This document shows, in pieces, positions 17,689 to 25,812 of a stretch of 33,756 nucleotides of DNA. A program made the translations under genes and the position numbers. The DNA is from an uncultured virus (IMG/VR IMGVR_UViG_3300036715_000622) (Duplodnaviria > Heunggongvirae > Uroviricota > Caudoviricetes). The stretch lies in IMG/VR virus record IMGVR_UViG_3300036715_000622; one strand, 5' to 3'. The first letter of the stretch is position 1. Each line of letters starts with the position of its first letter. The notes under the pieces were generated by a model. The model worked only from the letters and a program-made list of their open reading frames with translations. It searched no databases and was not told the origin of the DNA.

Positions 17689-17879
17689 GTATATTTTACA
17701 CTGTGTTGTTTTGCAAACTCAGAGATACTTGCTAGTTTACATCTAACACCATAAAGCTCTAAACGTGTCCTGCTTTCTACTGTCTCGTAATTATTTGAGA
17801 ACATTCTAGGAAGCCTTTTCTCAATAGCAAAACACATTGATTCCAATACTTTAATATCATCTAAAATATTCTCTGACAT
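17679..17879 (-). CDS. hypothetical protein
   Basis: AAGGA RBS; stop codon overlaps the tRNA 5' end. Confidence 0.6.
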   Translation of the reverse strand: MSENILDDIKVLESMCFAIEKRLPRMFSNNYETVESRTRLELYGVRCKLASISEFAKQHSVKYTEN

Positions 17880-17913
17880 TTGTTTTCCTTGTAATTGAGA
17901 GTTAAGAATTGAG

Positions 17914-17984
17914 AATTGGGAACCAGATTCGAACTGGTGTAGGAAGATTTGCAGTCAACTGCCTAACCTCTCGGCCATCCCAAT
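17914..17984 (-). tRNA. tRNA-Cys(GCA), no encoded CCA
   Basis: loop CT-GCA-AA, U73, two U-U mismatches in the anticodon stem. Confidence 0.8.
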
Positions 17985-17987
17985 ATT

Positions 17988-18096
17988 TACTACCATTTTA
18001 AAGCTGTCTACCAGTCCCGAGGATTTGAACCTCTTTCTCTAATAGTTTTCCGCGTCTTTTTCGGACGGGCAAGTAGACAACTTTAAAATGGTAGTA
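17988..18096 (-). ncRNA. unknown structured RNA in a 24-bp inverted repeat, contains a T-loop hairpin
   Basis: IR 17988-18011/18073-18096 (one G-U on minus strand); GAGG-TTCAAAT-CCTC. Confidence 0.55.
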
Positions 18097-18149
18097 TCGA
18101 ATCACTACCCCTCATCTATAGCAGTGTGCGTACTTCATTAACTTTTATC

Positions 18150-18240
18150 TGGCGGAGGGGGTCGGAGTTGAACCCACAAGGGCTTATTAGGCCTCGACGC
18201 TTTTCAAGAGCGCTTCCGTCACCAGTCGGATTGCCCCTCC
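18150..18240 (-). tRNA. tRNA-Ser(UGA)
   Basis: loop CT-TGA-AA, long variable arm, GCCA. Confidence 0.92.
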
Positions 18241-18246
18241 ATTATT

Positions 18247-18624
18247 CTAAGTCCAATACTCTAAATACGGCATGGACTCTAATACTACATCTTCAATAGT
18301 GCCATTTAGGTACTGCTGAATTAAATCTCTTGCTCTTCTACGATAGGGTGCTTGTGTAGATTCAGTACGAAACCACCCTGGACCTGGTTCTTTATGTCTA
18401 ATAGTTGCAGCATCACTATTAGCAATTGCAACCATTTTACGCCCAGTTTTGCTCCCTTTTTTGTACTTCACTGTGTATCCAAGAATTGCTGTATAGCAAT
18501 GATGTTCCTTAATATAGTCCACATCTTGCCATACAATATCTTTTTCAAATGCATTAAAAGCTAAAAGAGGATCATCACTATTCCAGTACTGACGATAGCG
18601 GCGACGGCGATAAGTTCTAGACAT
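18247..18624 (-). CDS. hypothetical basic protein
   Basis: MSRTYRRRR..., GGAG RBS. Confidence 0.7.
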   Translation of the reverse strand: MSRTYRRRRYRQYWNSDDPLLAFNAFEKDIVWQDVDYIKEHHCYTAILGYTVKYKKGSKTGRKMVAIANSDAATIRHKEPGPGWFRTESTQAPYRRRARDLIQQYLNGTIEDVVLESMPYLEYWT

Positions 18625-18683
18625 TATTATACTCCTGTAATTATTTACATTCGCATAATATCCTCCTTATATGATAGATTAGC

Positions 18684-18839
18684 CTACTTGGACTTCTTAC
18701 GTCCATTATTATCCTTACCTACTTGAAACCAAGCGCGAGATTTGGATTTACACTTAATACCAGCACCAAGGTTAAAGGGCTGGTTATAGGGTGCTTTAAC
18801 ATGATTCAGAATTGCTTGTACTTCATCGGCTTTAGTCAT
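18684..18839 (-). CDS. small basic protein (51 aa, not in ORF track)
   Basis: MTKADEVQAILNHVKAPY..., AAGGA RBS. Confidence 0.55.
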   Translation of the reverse strand: MTKADEVQAILNHVKAPYNQPFNLGAGIKCKSKSRAWFQVGKDNNGRKKSK

Positions 18840-18885
18840 TATTAGTCCTTATTTTGTCGAGGTTTGGCGCAGGCCAAATCTTGGG

Positions 18886-18977
18886 TGGCGGAAGATGCTG
18901 GATTCGAACCAGCGGTAAGGGTTTCCCCGAACGTTTGTTTAGCAAACAAATGCAATCGGCCACTCTGCCAATCTTCC
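18886..18977 (-). tRNA. tRNA-Ser(GCU)
   Basis: loop TT-GCT-AA, long variable arm, GCCA. Confidence 0.92.
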
Positions 18978-18997
18978 ATTATTTAAAAACCTATGCT

Positions 18998-19160
18998 AAG
19001 GTTTAGGTACAAACTTTAAGAATAATTCGAAATAGAGATTTTTCGCGCTCTACCACTGAGCTACTTTGGCTTTCGGCCTCAGGTTGGATTCGAACCAACG
19101 ACCCCGTCATTAGAAGTGAAGTATCTATTTCTGCCGCTATAAAGTTTGTACCTAAACCTT
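18998..19160 (-). ncRNA. YrlA-like Y RNA (permuted tRNA-like domain)
   Basis: 21-bp terminal IR; T-arm GTTGG-TTCGAAT-CCAAC precedes D-arm TAGCTCAGTGGTAGAGC; directly downstream of the Ro60 gene. Confidence 0.82.
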
Positions 19161-19176
19161 TCGGTTTAGGGCTTTA

Positions 19177-20493
19177 CTAGCTTTCGCTAGATTTTTCGCT
19201 TAGGCGAATATACTCTAAAGCAGCTTCTGAGAAGCCGGTAATAGTAGTATATGCACCAGAGTTAATACCATTCTCATAAGACGCTACATTAAGAATATAA
19301 CCTTTACCTTTTGGATTAGGGACTATATCTGCAGATTGCTCATCCGTGAAAACAATTACACGATCATACGTCTCATAAATATTTAACTCTTGCATAGCGT
19401 TACCTAAGTAAGTCCCGCCATGTACTTGCGAGTTAGATAGTAACTCGCTTACTGCAAATCCGCGACGAGGGGCAACTTTAACTAGGCAATTGCTAAAAGT
19501 ATATACTGCTACTTCTTCGCATATTTCACGAGCCATCATAGCTAGTGCAGCTGCTGCATCGAAACGGGTTAGGTCTGACTTAGCACTAACAGTACCATGC
19601 CACATAGACCCAGATACATCAACCATAAGCACTGTACGACCTGGAAGTTTAGGAGCATGTTCCAGTGAACGTAGCATCATTTCTTCCAGCATATCTTCCA
19701 GTTGTGGAACGATCTTAGCTGCCGAAACGTAGCGGAATGGCAGAACCATATCTACGTTCAAATTACGGGCATATGCACGAATTTCTTTTTCAGTAATTCC
19801 TGCGTTAATCATATTACGCAAATTACGAAGGAACGCAAGCGCACCCAATTTACCTTCTTCCATTAAACGGCTAAAGGTTTCTTTTTTATCTGCTCCGGCT
19901 GAAAGAGCTACTTCCCAAGTGTCAGGAGTTTTTAACTCTTTATTAGCTACACGCTTGAACATCTCAGCCTGGGCATCATTAGTAGGCTTTGGATGCGAAA
20001 TAAACATCACATCACGTACCGATACTGCAGCAGAGTTTTTATCATTCTTAGCAAGCTGATACTCATTAAACTTAACGAAGGCTTTTGCAAGACCTTTTTT
20101 CACTTGTGCAGAAACTGCGGTCTTACCCTCAGACCAGTACAGAGACATAAACTCGCCCATTTCATCTGCACGCTGAATTACAGCATCCAGACCAGATGCG
20201 GTCAGCCGTCCACCACGAGCCAATTCACGGGCTAATAGCAGTGGGATATGACGAAGTTTAAATTCAGTACGTGCTTTCACAGCAAGCGCCTGTACTTTGT
20301 CAGTAGGAACTTTAACTACAAGTTCCTTGATTTTTTCAGCTAAAGTAACCCCATCTACATAGAAGGTATCTTCCCATAGCATTGCGGCCAGGGTCATACG
20401 CTCTAGTTGTGCTTCTGCACTGATAGGACGTACCATAGCACCTTCGTGAGTCATTTCAGTACGAGTATTTGCTTTTTTATTCAGGCTTGACAT
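19177..20493 (-). CDS. rsr: Ro60/Rsr TROVE-domain RNA-binding protein with vWA domain
   Basis: THEGA, LWEDTFY, LRNLRN, LPFRY, DVSGSM MIDAS, VFTDEQ; start MSSLNKK at 20493. Confidence 0.92.
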   Translation of the reverse strand: MSSLNKKANTRTEMTHEGAMVRPISAEAQLERMTLAAMLWEDTFYVDGVTLAEKIKELVVKVPTDKVQALAVKARTEFKLRHIPLLLARELARGGRLTASGLDAVIQRADEMGEFMSLYWSEGKTAVSAQVKKGLAKAFVKFNEYQLAKNDKNSAAVSVRDVMFISHPKPTNDAQAEMFKRVANKELKTPDTWEVALSAGADKKETFSRLMEEGKLGALAFLRNLRNMINAGITEKEIRAYARNLNVDMVLPFRYVSAAKIVPQLEDMLEEMMLRSLEHAPKLPGRTVLMVDVSGSMWHGTVSAKSDLTRFDAAAALAMMAREICEEVAVYTFSNCLVKVAPRRGFAVSELLSNSQVHGGTYLGNAMQELNIYETYDRVIVFTDEQSADIVPNPKGKGYILNVASYENGINSGAYTTITGFSEAALEYIRLSEKSSES

Positions 20494-20510
20494 TTTCTTT
20501 CCATATTGAG

Positions 20511-20581
20511 AATTGGGAACATGCATATTAGTTTTTATAGATAATCAGGCGATTGAAGTAACTAATATTAACACCACAATT
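20511..20581 (-). ncRNA. Y-RNA-like element (short)
   Basis: AATTG-TGGTG..ATATTAG-TTACTTCA...CTAATAT-GCATGTTCC-CAATT. Confidence 0.6.
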
Positions 20582-20589
20582 TTAAACTT

Positions 20590-20656
20590 TACCGGGAACA
20601 TAGCTAAAACGAGGATTTATCTCCGAATGATGAACTCGTTTTAACACGCCACGGAA
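20590..20656 (-). ncRNA. Y-RNA-like element (short)
   Basis: CCG-TGGCGTG-TTAAAACGAG-TTCATCA...CTCGTTTTAG-CTATGTTCC-CGG. Confidence 0.6.
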
Positions 20657-20662
20657 TCCTTA

Positions 20663-20803
20663 AATTTGATTAGCACCCTAAGAATATTCGAATTAGGAGC
20701 TGCAACCTTATGTTTATACTCCCTAATGGTTACGAAACGAGTTTTGCTACTGCCTATAATAAGAAGTATCCTATTTCTACGCTATAGAAGTACTAATCAA
20801 ATT
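20663..20803 (-). ncRNA. Y-RNA-like element sharing the YrlA scaffold, with a different insert
   Basis: TATAGCG.AGAAATAG.ATACTTC ... ATTCGAAT.TTCTTA shared with 18998-19160; terminal IR. Confidence 0.7.
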
Positions 20804-20821
20804 ACTGCGACTTAAAATAAT

Positions 20822-20850
20822 ATTATACGCCGTTAAGCATACAAAGTCAA
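20822..20850 (-). promoter_or_regulatory. sigma70 promoter for the Y RNA-rsr unit
   Basis: TTGACT-17-TATAAT. Confidence 0.88.
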
Positions 20851-20862
20851 GTCTATTTTTTC

Positions 20863-20939
20863 TGGCGGACTGTACGGAACTCGAATCCGTGACCTCTGCC
20901 GTGACAGGGCAGCGCTCTAACCAACTGAGCTAACAATCC
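20863..20939 (-). tRNA. tRNA-Asp(GUC)
   Basis: loop CT-GTC-AC, GCCA. Confidence 0.94.
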
Positions 20940-20943
20940 AAAA

Positions 20944-21110
20944 TAGTATTTATAGATAGGCCAGGTCGCTCAGTCGTTTAATGTGTTCCCAACCGGATAT
21001 CAACTCGTAAGTCCCGATATTTACCAATTCCCATATGGGGTCTTCCATTGGCTACCTTAAACAAACGTCTTATTTCGACGAACTGCCCTCGCTGCTATCT
21101 ATAAATACTA
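20944..21110 (-). ncRNA. unknown structured RNA in a 16-bp inverted repeat
   Basis: TAGTATTTATAGATAG/CTATCTATAAATACTA enclosing several hairpins. Confidence 0.5.
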
Positions 21111-21114
21111 CTAA

Positions 21115-21186
21115 AGGCGGATCAGGGAATCGAACCCTGCTAGACTGGATCAAAACCAGTTGTCTTCACCAGATGACTAATCCGCT
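21115..21186 (-). tRNA. tRNA-Gln(UUG), no encoded CCA
   Basis: loop TT-TTG-AT, TTCGA T-loop. Confidence 0.82.
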
Positions 21187-21192
21187 ATTTAT

Positions 21193-21268
21193 TGGCTCCT
21201 CAGACTCGATTCGAACGAGTGACCCAAGCATTAACAGTGCTTTGCTACTACCACTGAGCTACTGAGGA
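21193..21268 (-). tRNA. tRNA-Asn(GUU)
   Basis: loop CT-GTT-AA, GCCA. Confidence 0.93.
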
Positions 21269-21276
21269 ATAAAACT

Positions 21277-21351
21277 TGGTGGACCGTCGGAGGATCGAAC
21301 TCCGACTTTCTGCGTGCAAGGCAGATGTGCTCCCATTATCACTAACAGCCC
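21277..21351 (-). tRNA. tRNA-Ala(UGC)
   Basis: G3:U70, loop CT-TGC-AC, CCA. Confidence 0.93.
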
Positions 21352-21357
21352 TATTAC

Positions 21358-21433
21358 TGGTCTCCCCTGTAGAATTCGAATCTACGACGCCGCATCCCAA
21401 ATGCGGTATGTTACCTGACTACACCAAGGAGAG
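21358..21433 (-). tRNA. tRNA-Pro(UGG)
   Basis: loop TT-TGG-GA, CCA. Confidence 0.92.
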
Positions 21434-21440
21434 ATATTAC

Positions 21441-21513
21441 TGGAAGCGGGCTAGGGTAACGCTCCCTATCCCAAGCAGCTTATGAGGCTGCCGTCCGACT
21501 ATCGGAACCCGCT
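21441..21513 (-). tRNA. tRNA-Met(CAU), atypical D and T loops
   Basis: loop CT-CAT-AA, T-loop AGCGTTA, CCA. Confidence 0.75.
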
Positions 21514-21722
21514 ATTAAATCTTCAAATCTACGCTGCCAAGTATAGAACTCCGCTAGAACCCTACAATAATCAGCGTACTCATTATCTGTTAACTGTACT
21601 ACTACATCTGACTCGAATTTAGGACAACCTAAAATTTCCTTGTACTCTCTAGTATCAAAGATAATAAGTGCTTCATCTTTAGCCAACCAAAGTTCGCGCA
21701 TTTGCAATAGCCTCAGCATCAA
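21480..21722 (-). CDS. hypothetical protein (start uncertain; 3' end overlaps tRNA)
   Basis: ORF track. Confidence 0.45.
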   Translation of the reverse strand: MMLRLLQMRELWLAKDEALIIFDTREYKEILGCPKFESDVVVQLTDNEYADYCRVLAEFYTWQRRFEDLIAGSDSRTAAS

Positions 21723-21873
21723 GTGATGCGTACTTACGAAACTGATCTTTACCTACTCGATCATACAGTTTAATAGCATCAGCTTCTAGCTGTACGAGAT
21801 CCTCAATGCTGGCAGTTTTTAAAAATCTGGAGAGGTAGGCATCAACCAAAAACTCTTTAGTGTATCCTGCCAT
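21679..21873 (-). CDS. hypothetical phage protein
   Basis: MAGYTKEFLVDAY..., GGAG RBS, promoter 21926-21898. Confidence 0.7.
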   Translation of the reverse strand: MAGYTKEFLVDAYLSRFLKTASIEDLVQLEADAIKLYDRVGKDQFRKYASLDAEAIANARTLVG

Positions 21874-21944
21874 GTTTATTCTCCCACTTAAAGATATATT
21901 ATACGCCATTAAGGAAAATTAATCAAGACTAAAATTTTTAATGC

Positions 21945-22178
21945 TTAGTCAATTACTTCATAATCACGAATATCGCCATCTTCTAGGTTATTAAACTCCC
22001 TAACTAGGATATTGACAGAGAAATCTGCGTCAGTATCATCTATTTCCTCAGAGATTTTAATTTGGCAGTAATCTTCAGACTTAATTAGTGCTTCACCTTC
22101 ATCTTCTGCGTATACAACAGCACTACCACCACAATCAGTATCATAATCTGTACGATACTCTACTAGAAATGGGATCAC
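21945..22178 (-). CDS. acidic hypothetical protein
   Basis: GTG start with AAGGA RBS; promoter 22241-22213. Confidence 0.65.
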   Translation of the reverse strand: MIPFLVEYRTDYDTDCGGSAVVYAEDEGEALIKSEDYCQIKISEEIDDTDADFSVNILVREFNNLEDGDIRDYEVID

Positions 22179-22224
22179 GTTAAATTCCTTTGTTATTGCG
22201 ACTTAAAATAATATTATACGCTGA

Positions 22225-22410
22225 TTAAGTGAAAGAGTCAAGTCTAAATTTACAAATCTTATCAGGATGTACGCCATGAGCAAAATAATAGATTGTCCTC
22301 TCTGCTTTTGTTATTGGAATTGTTAGCATCCAACAAGGTCTATAGTTAGTTAGTTTAGTTCTTTTATCATTCCAGAAATCTATAGGGTACATTCTCATTT
22401 TAAATCTCAA
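22225..22410 (-). CDS. hypothetical protein
   Basis: follows the phosphoesterase. Confidence 0.5.
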   Translation of the reverse strand: MRFKMRMYPIDFWNDKRTKLTNYRPCWMLTIPITKAERTIYYFAHGVHPDKICKFRLDSFT

Positions 22411-23146
22411 TAATCAGATCAGATTGGAACTCAGGATTTTCAGTACCATACTTACTAACATACCCTCGGGGGTTACAGATAACTTCAGGACCTCTAGGCA
22501 CTTTATACCTTAGAGAGCAATGAGTATGCCCATGAATATGATAAGCAAACTTATTGTGGATACCCTCAGGAATCTCTGTCATAAAACTTGGAGTAAGAAC
22601 ATTACCCCGATATTTTGTAATATCACTAGTACTTGGACAATAGTGGGTAATTAATACGTCTCCCTCAGTATTGTCTAGGAATTTAAGGGATGCCCTATTT
22701 AGGGACACCATATCATCTGACTGAAATACGTAATCATTATACCTAATATAGACACTGTCATTTAGACCTTGTTTCCACTGTACAGGGCTGAGTGGATTAT
22801 TATATAGTTTGAAGTTAGTCCATAATGTAGTACCTACAAATCTACGCCCTTGAATGGTATGTACACTGTCTAGTAGTACTTTAACATGAGAACCCTGTGT
22901 ATTATAGTCTCTGAATTTACCATTTAAGGTTTGGTAATTCTCCCCATAGTATTCATGATTCCCTGGTACATATAGTACCTGAATATGATTAGGAATATAT
23001 CGTTCAGCCCATATTACTCCTGCCATACCTTCGGCAATATCCCCTGCTAGAATACAGATACTTTCACCATTATCTTGGTATACAAACCCCCAATAGGCTT
23101 CCATAGGAAGTAAATGTAGATCAGATAGGATTTTTACTTTCACCAT
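22400..23146 (-). CDS. calcineurin-like metallophosphoesterase
   Basis: SDLH, AGD, GNHE, THYCP, HGHTH, NPRGY. Confidence 0.9.
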   Translation of the reverse strand: MVKVKILSDLHLLPMEAYWGFVYQDNGESICILAGDIAEGMAGVIWAERYIPNHIQVLYVPGNHEYYGENYQTLNGKFRDYNTQGSHVKVLLDSVHTIQGRRFVGTTLWTNFKLYNNPLSPVQWKQGLNDSVYIRYNDYVFQSDDMVSLNRASLKFLDNTEGDVLITHYCPSTSDITKYRGNVLTPSFMTEIPEGIHNKFAYHIHGHTHCSLRYKVPRGPEVICNPRGYVSKYGTENPEFQSDLIIEI

Positions 23147-23337
23147 ACTTCCTTTATATCATAGGGTTTAATTTTAACCCCCAAATACTGCTCAATCTCT
23201 TCAATACTAGACCAAGTGTTATACTGATCTATAGGAAGTTTGGCGATATAAAACCAGCCGTCAATATCTTCTAAGATAGTTATGGATTTAGTAGGGGTAG
23301 AAACCATTACATAACGATGTATTTTCCTTACTCTCAT
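23140..23337 (-). CDS. hypothetical protein
   Basis: GGAG RBS. Confidence 0.65.
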   Translation of the reverse strand: MRVRKIHRYVMVSTPTKSITILEDIDGWFYIAKLPIDQYNTWSSIEEIEQYLGVKIKPYDIKEVW

Positions 23338-23399
23338 AGTATTCTCCAGCTTACGTTATTACTCTAACAAAAATAATAACGTAAGCCGTAGCTTACGGG

Positions 23400-24122
23400 A
23401 TTATTTTTATAGACGTATACCTTACGTCTGTACTGATTGAGTTTTAACGCTGTCGTAACTTACCGCGTCCGTAGAATATTTAAGGTGGCGATGCGGGGGC
23501 CACTCAGTATACCTAGACTACTAAAAGGTCGAAGAACTCCTCAGTAGTCTCTCGTGTCTTCTCTTATCGGTAATCAATAAGCACGTACCTCGTCAGGTAT
23601 ACCGTTTCACTTACCAGGCCAACCACGGGTGGGTTGCATAGTTATATAGGATTATAGAGACTAGCTAAGAAATCCTCTAGTACGCTGTCAGTACCATATT
23701 CTCACATATTTATACTCTTGGAGACATCAGAGTCATACTTTAACTGCAGGATTCCTAGAATTCACCTTGCGAGCTAGCTCCGGTGAAAAGGCCTACGTTA
23801 AAGTATATTTAGGGTATCACGGTTCTGAGTAATTATTCTATATCTAATCCTAATGGTAACTAGGAACAATATAGGGCCTTTTAGAACTATAGTAGGTCTC
23901 CGCATTGTAATCTCTCGCTCTGACTGGCTGAGTACAGTCCCTGGCTTACACGGCGGTACTAGCGGCTTATCCATTTTCCGCACTTCGTGATCTTTACCAT
24001 TACAATGGCTGGAGCTGCCTTAATAAGGCTACACCATCAGCCAATGTTTCGACTATATTTCAATAGTCCATGTACTTAAACATGCTCTATACTAGAGTCA
24101 TCAGATGGTTTCTATCACTTTA
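23400..24122 (-). ncRNA. large ornate ncRNA, GOLLD-like candidate
   Basis: ~720 nt with no credible ORF, own promoter 24158-24130, many nested and long-range helices. Confidence 0.6.
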
Positions 24123-24162
24123 TAAATCTATTATACGCTATTCAGTTACTAAAGTCAAGTGA

Positions 24163-24322
24163 GATTGGGAAAGTGGCCTCTAATATACTGGTATTGTATA
24201 GTTGTACCCTCTTTATCGCGGCCAGCGTATTGTAAGAAGTTGTTCCTCTACACAACCCGTTTTACCAGAACGGTTATAAGAAAAGAAAATCTTACGCAAG
24301 GCTGTACGGCTATCCCAATCTA
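24163..24322 (-). ncRNA. unknown ~160-nt RNA with its own promoter
   Basis: promoter 24359-24331; closing stem AGATTGGGA/TCCCAATCT. Confidence 0.5.
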
Positions 24323-24388
24323 TAAATAATATTATACGCTATTCAGCAACTAAAGTCAAGTGAGAATTATAGCGTACCAAATACTATA

Positions 24389-25297
24389 TTACTTGTCCAT
24401 CATAAGCATCATCATCAGCATATTGCTATCCATTCCACCATTTTCTGATTTAGCACCCAGCATACTCATGATAGCAAAAGTTTTCATATTGAAACCCTTA
24501 CCTTCAGTGTCACCCATCATCATAGCCATGATCAGGGGATTCATGCCAGTACCCGCCATCATATTCTTAATAGCTAGAACGGTATTCTTACCAAAGAACA
24601 GGTTAGTAACTGCGCCTACTTGCTTTACTTCTCCGTTCATTGCAACTATTTCATAACCAGTTTCGGTCTTACCTTTGTAGAAGTAGGTAGTATTGCCGTT
24701 AAGGATAATGTCGCCCTCAGTCAATGTAGCAACGTCTACCCGCATGGCGAACGCAGGTACTTTAACACCCATATCTACTAGAGGATTTACAGATACTGCA
24801 CCATCTTTATACACTGAAATACCATCAGCAGTTACAATACCAAAACTACCAGTAGTGATATCAAGTACAGCATTCTTTACTTCACGGAAAAAAGAGTCGC
24901 GCATAGAGCTTGTATTCATTTTAGTTTCCTTTTTATCAGGTATTTCATCATATTTAGGCACATCCCAAGCATTATCGCTTGGTACATTATCACTTGATAT
25001 ACTATCACTTGGTTTAAGTATCAGATAATTAGTCCGTATTGAAGTGATTTCATATACATTATGATAGCTGGGTCTATCTAGCAGGGGTATATCTATATTT
25101 CTAATGTATCCAAGCCTTATTGAGGATCCACCCGCAATAAATGCAGTAACTGCATAAGTTACTTCATTTGTAGTACCATTTCCACTTGACTCTCTCCAGA
25201 TAGAGACTGGGTACTTAGGAGATATACTACGCAGAAAATTTTGCGCTTCCGGCTGGTATTTCATACCAACCGCAATCAATTTATCAGGGTATTTCAT
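24389..25297 (-). CDS. hypothetical protein: HIRAN-like N-terminus plus Met-rich C-terminal part with an internal start at 24919
   Basis: AVGMKY..YAV..LGYI; internal AAGGAAACTAAAATG in frame; promoter 25349-25321. Confidence 0.65.
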   Translation of the reverse strand: MKYPDKLIAVGMKYQPEAQNFLRSISPKYPVSIWRESSGNGTTNEVTYAVTAFIAGGSSIRLGYIRNIDIPLLDRPSYHNVYEITSIRTNYLILKPSDSISSDNVPSDNAWDVPKYDEIPDKKETKMNTSSMRDSFFREVKNAVLDITTGSFGIVTADGISVYKDGAVSVNPLVDMGVKVPAFAMRVDVATLTEGDIILNGNTTYFYKGKTETGYEIVAMNGEVKQVGAVTNLFFGKNTVLAIKNMMAGTGMNPLIMAMMMGDTEGKGFNMKTFAIMSMLGAKSENGGMDSNMLMMMLMMDK

Positions 25298-25360
25298 AGT
25301 TTATCTCACTTAAAAATAATATTATACTCTAATAAGCGTTATTTGTCAAGATTAAATTAT

Positions 25361-25435
25361 TGGTGGGCCTGATTCGAATTGAACGAATACTCTAAATCTT
25401 ATGAGGATTTTGCTTTACCATTAAGCTACAGGCCC
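25361..25435 (-). tRNA. tRNA-Ile2/Met(CAU)
   Basis: GGGCCTG acceptor, loop CT-CAT-AA, CCA. Confidence 0.88.
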
Positions 25436-25523
25436 AGGAACTTTATATACCCACAAATTTTGTTTATAATGTGGAATACTATACTTCATACCTCTCTGCT
25501 CAGAGAGCAAAACTGCATGAGTT

Positions 25524-25673
25524 CTAGTGAACCCGATACATTTGAACGTGTCGGGATGGGGTATAATTCTGTACTTTGTATTTATCTGATAGAACTCGTG
25601 AGGCATCTTTATCCAGTTTTAAAATACGTTCAATATCTTTTTCAACTAATTTTTGAAACTGTTGCGGAGTCAT
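25524..25673 (-). CDS. small hypothetical protein (49 aa, not in ORF track)
   Basis: MTPQQFQKLVEKDIERIL..., AGGAG RBS. Confidence 0.55.
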   Translation of the reverse strand: MTPQQFQKLVEKDIERILKLDKDASRVLSDKYKVQNYTPSRHVQMYRVH

Positions 25674-25690
25674 TTGATTCTCCTTTAATT

Positions 25691-25779
25691 TGGTCGGCTG
25701 GGAGGGAATCGAACCCTCGGTGTTTCTAGTGTGTCAGATTTTAAGTCTGATGCGTTTCAACCTGCTTCGCCACCAGCCG
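25691..25779 (-). tRNA. tRNA-Leu(UAA)
   Basis: loop CT-TAA-AA, long variable region, CCA. Confidence 0.9.
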
Positions 25780-25812
25780 TTATTCTAATTTAATACCTCA
25801 TGCTTCTTTAAT

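Noticed and set aside
20494..20526. Upstream ATG for Ro60 (449 aa)
   Set aside because: It lies inside a Y-RNA-like element. ATG 20493 follows a purine-rich RBS-like stretch and fits the TROVE N-terminus.
23798..23983. 61-aa ORF inside the giant RNA; also ORFs 26553-26735 and 31617-31823
   Set aside because: They have no RBS and overlap structured RNA, promoters or a better opposite-strand gene.
24030..24112. Hammerhead-like CTGATGA...GAAAC core at the 5' end of the giant RNA (minus strand)
   Set aside because: Stem II is replaced by three hairpins, stem III does not form, and the cleavage triplet would be CUG rather than NUH.
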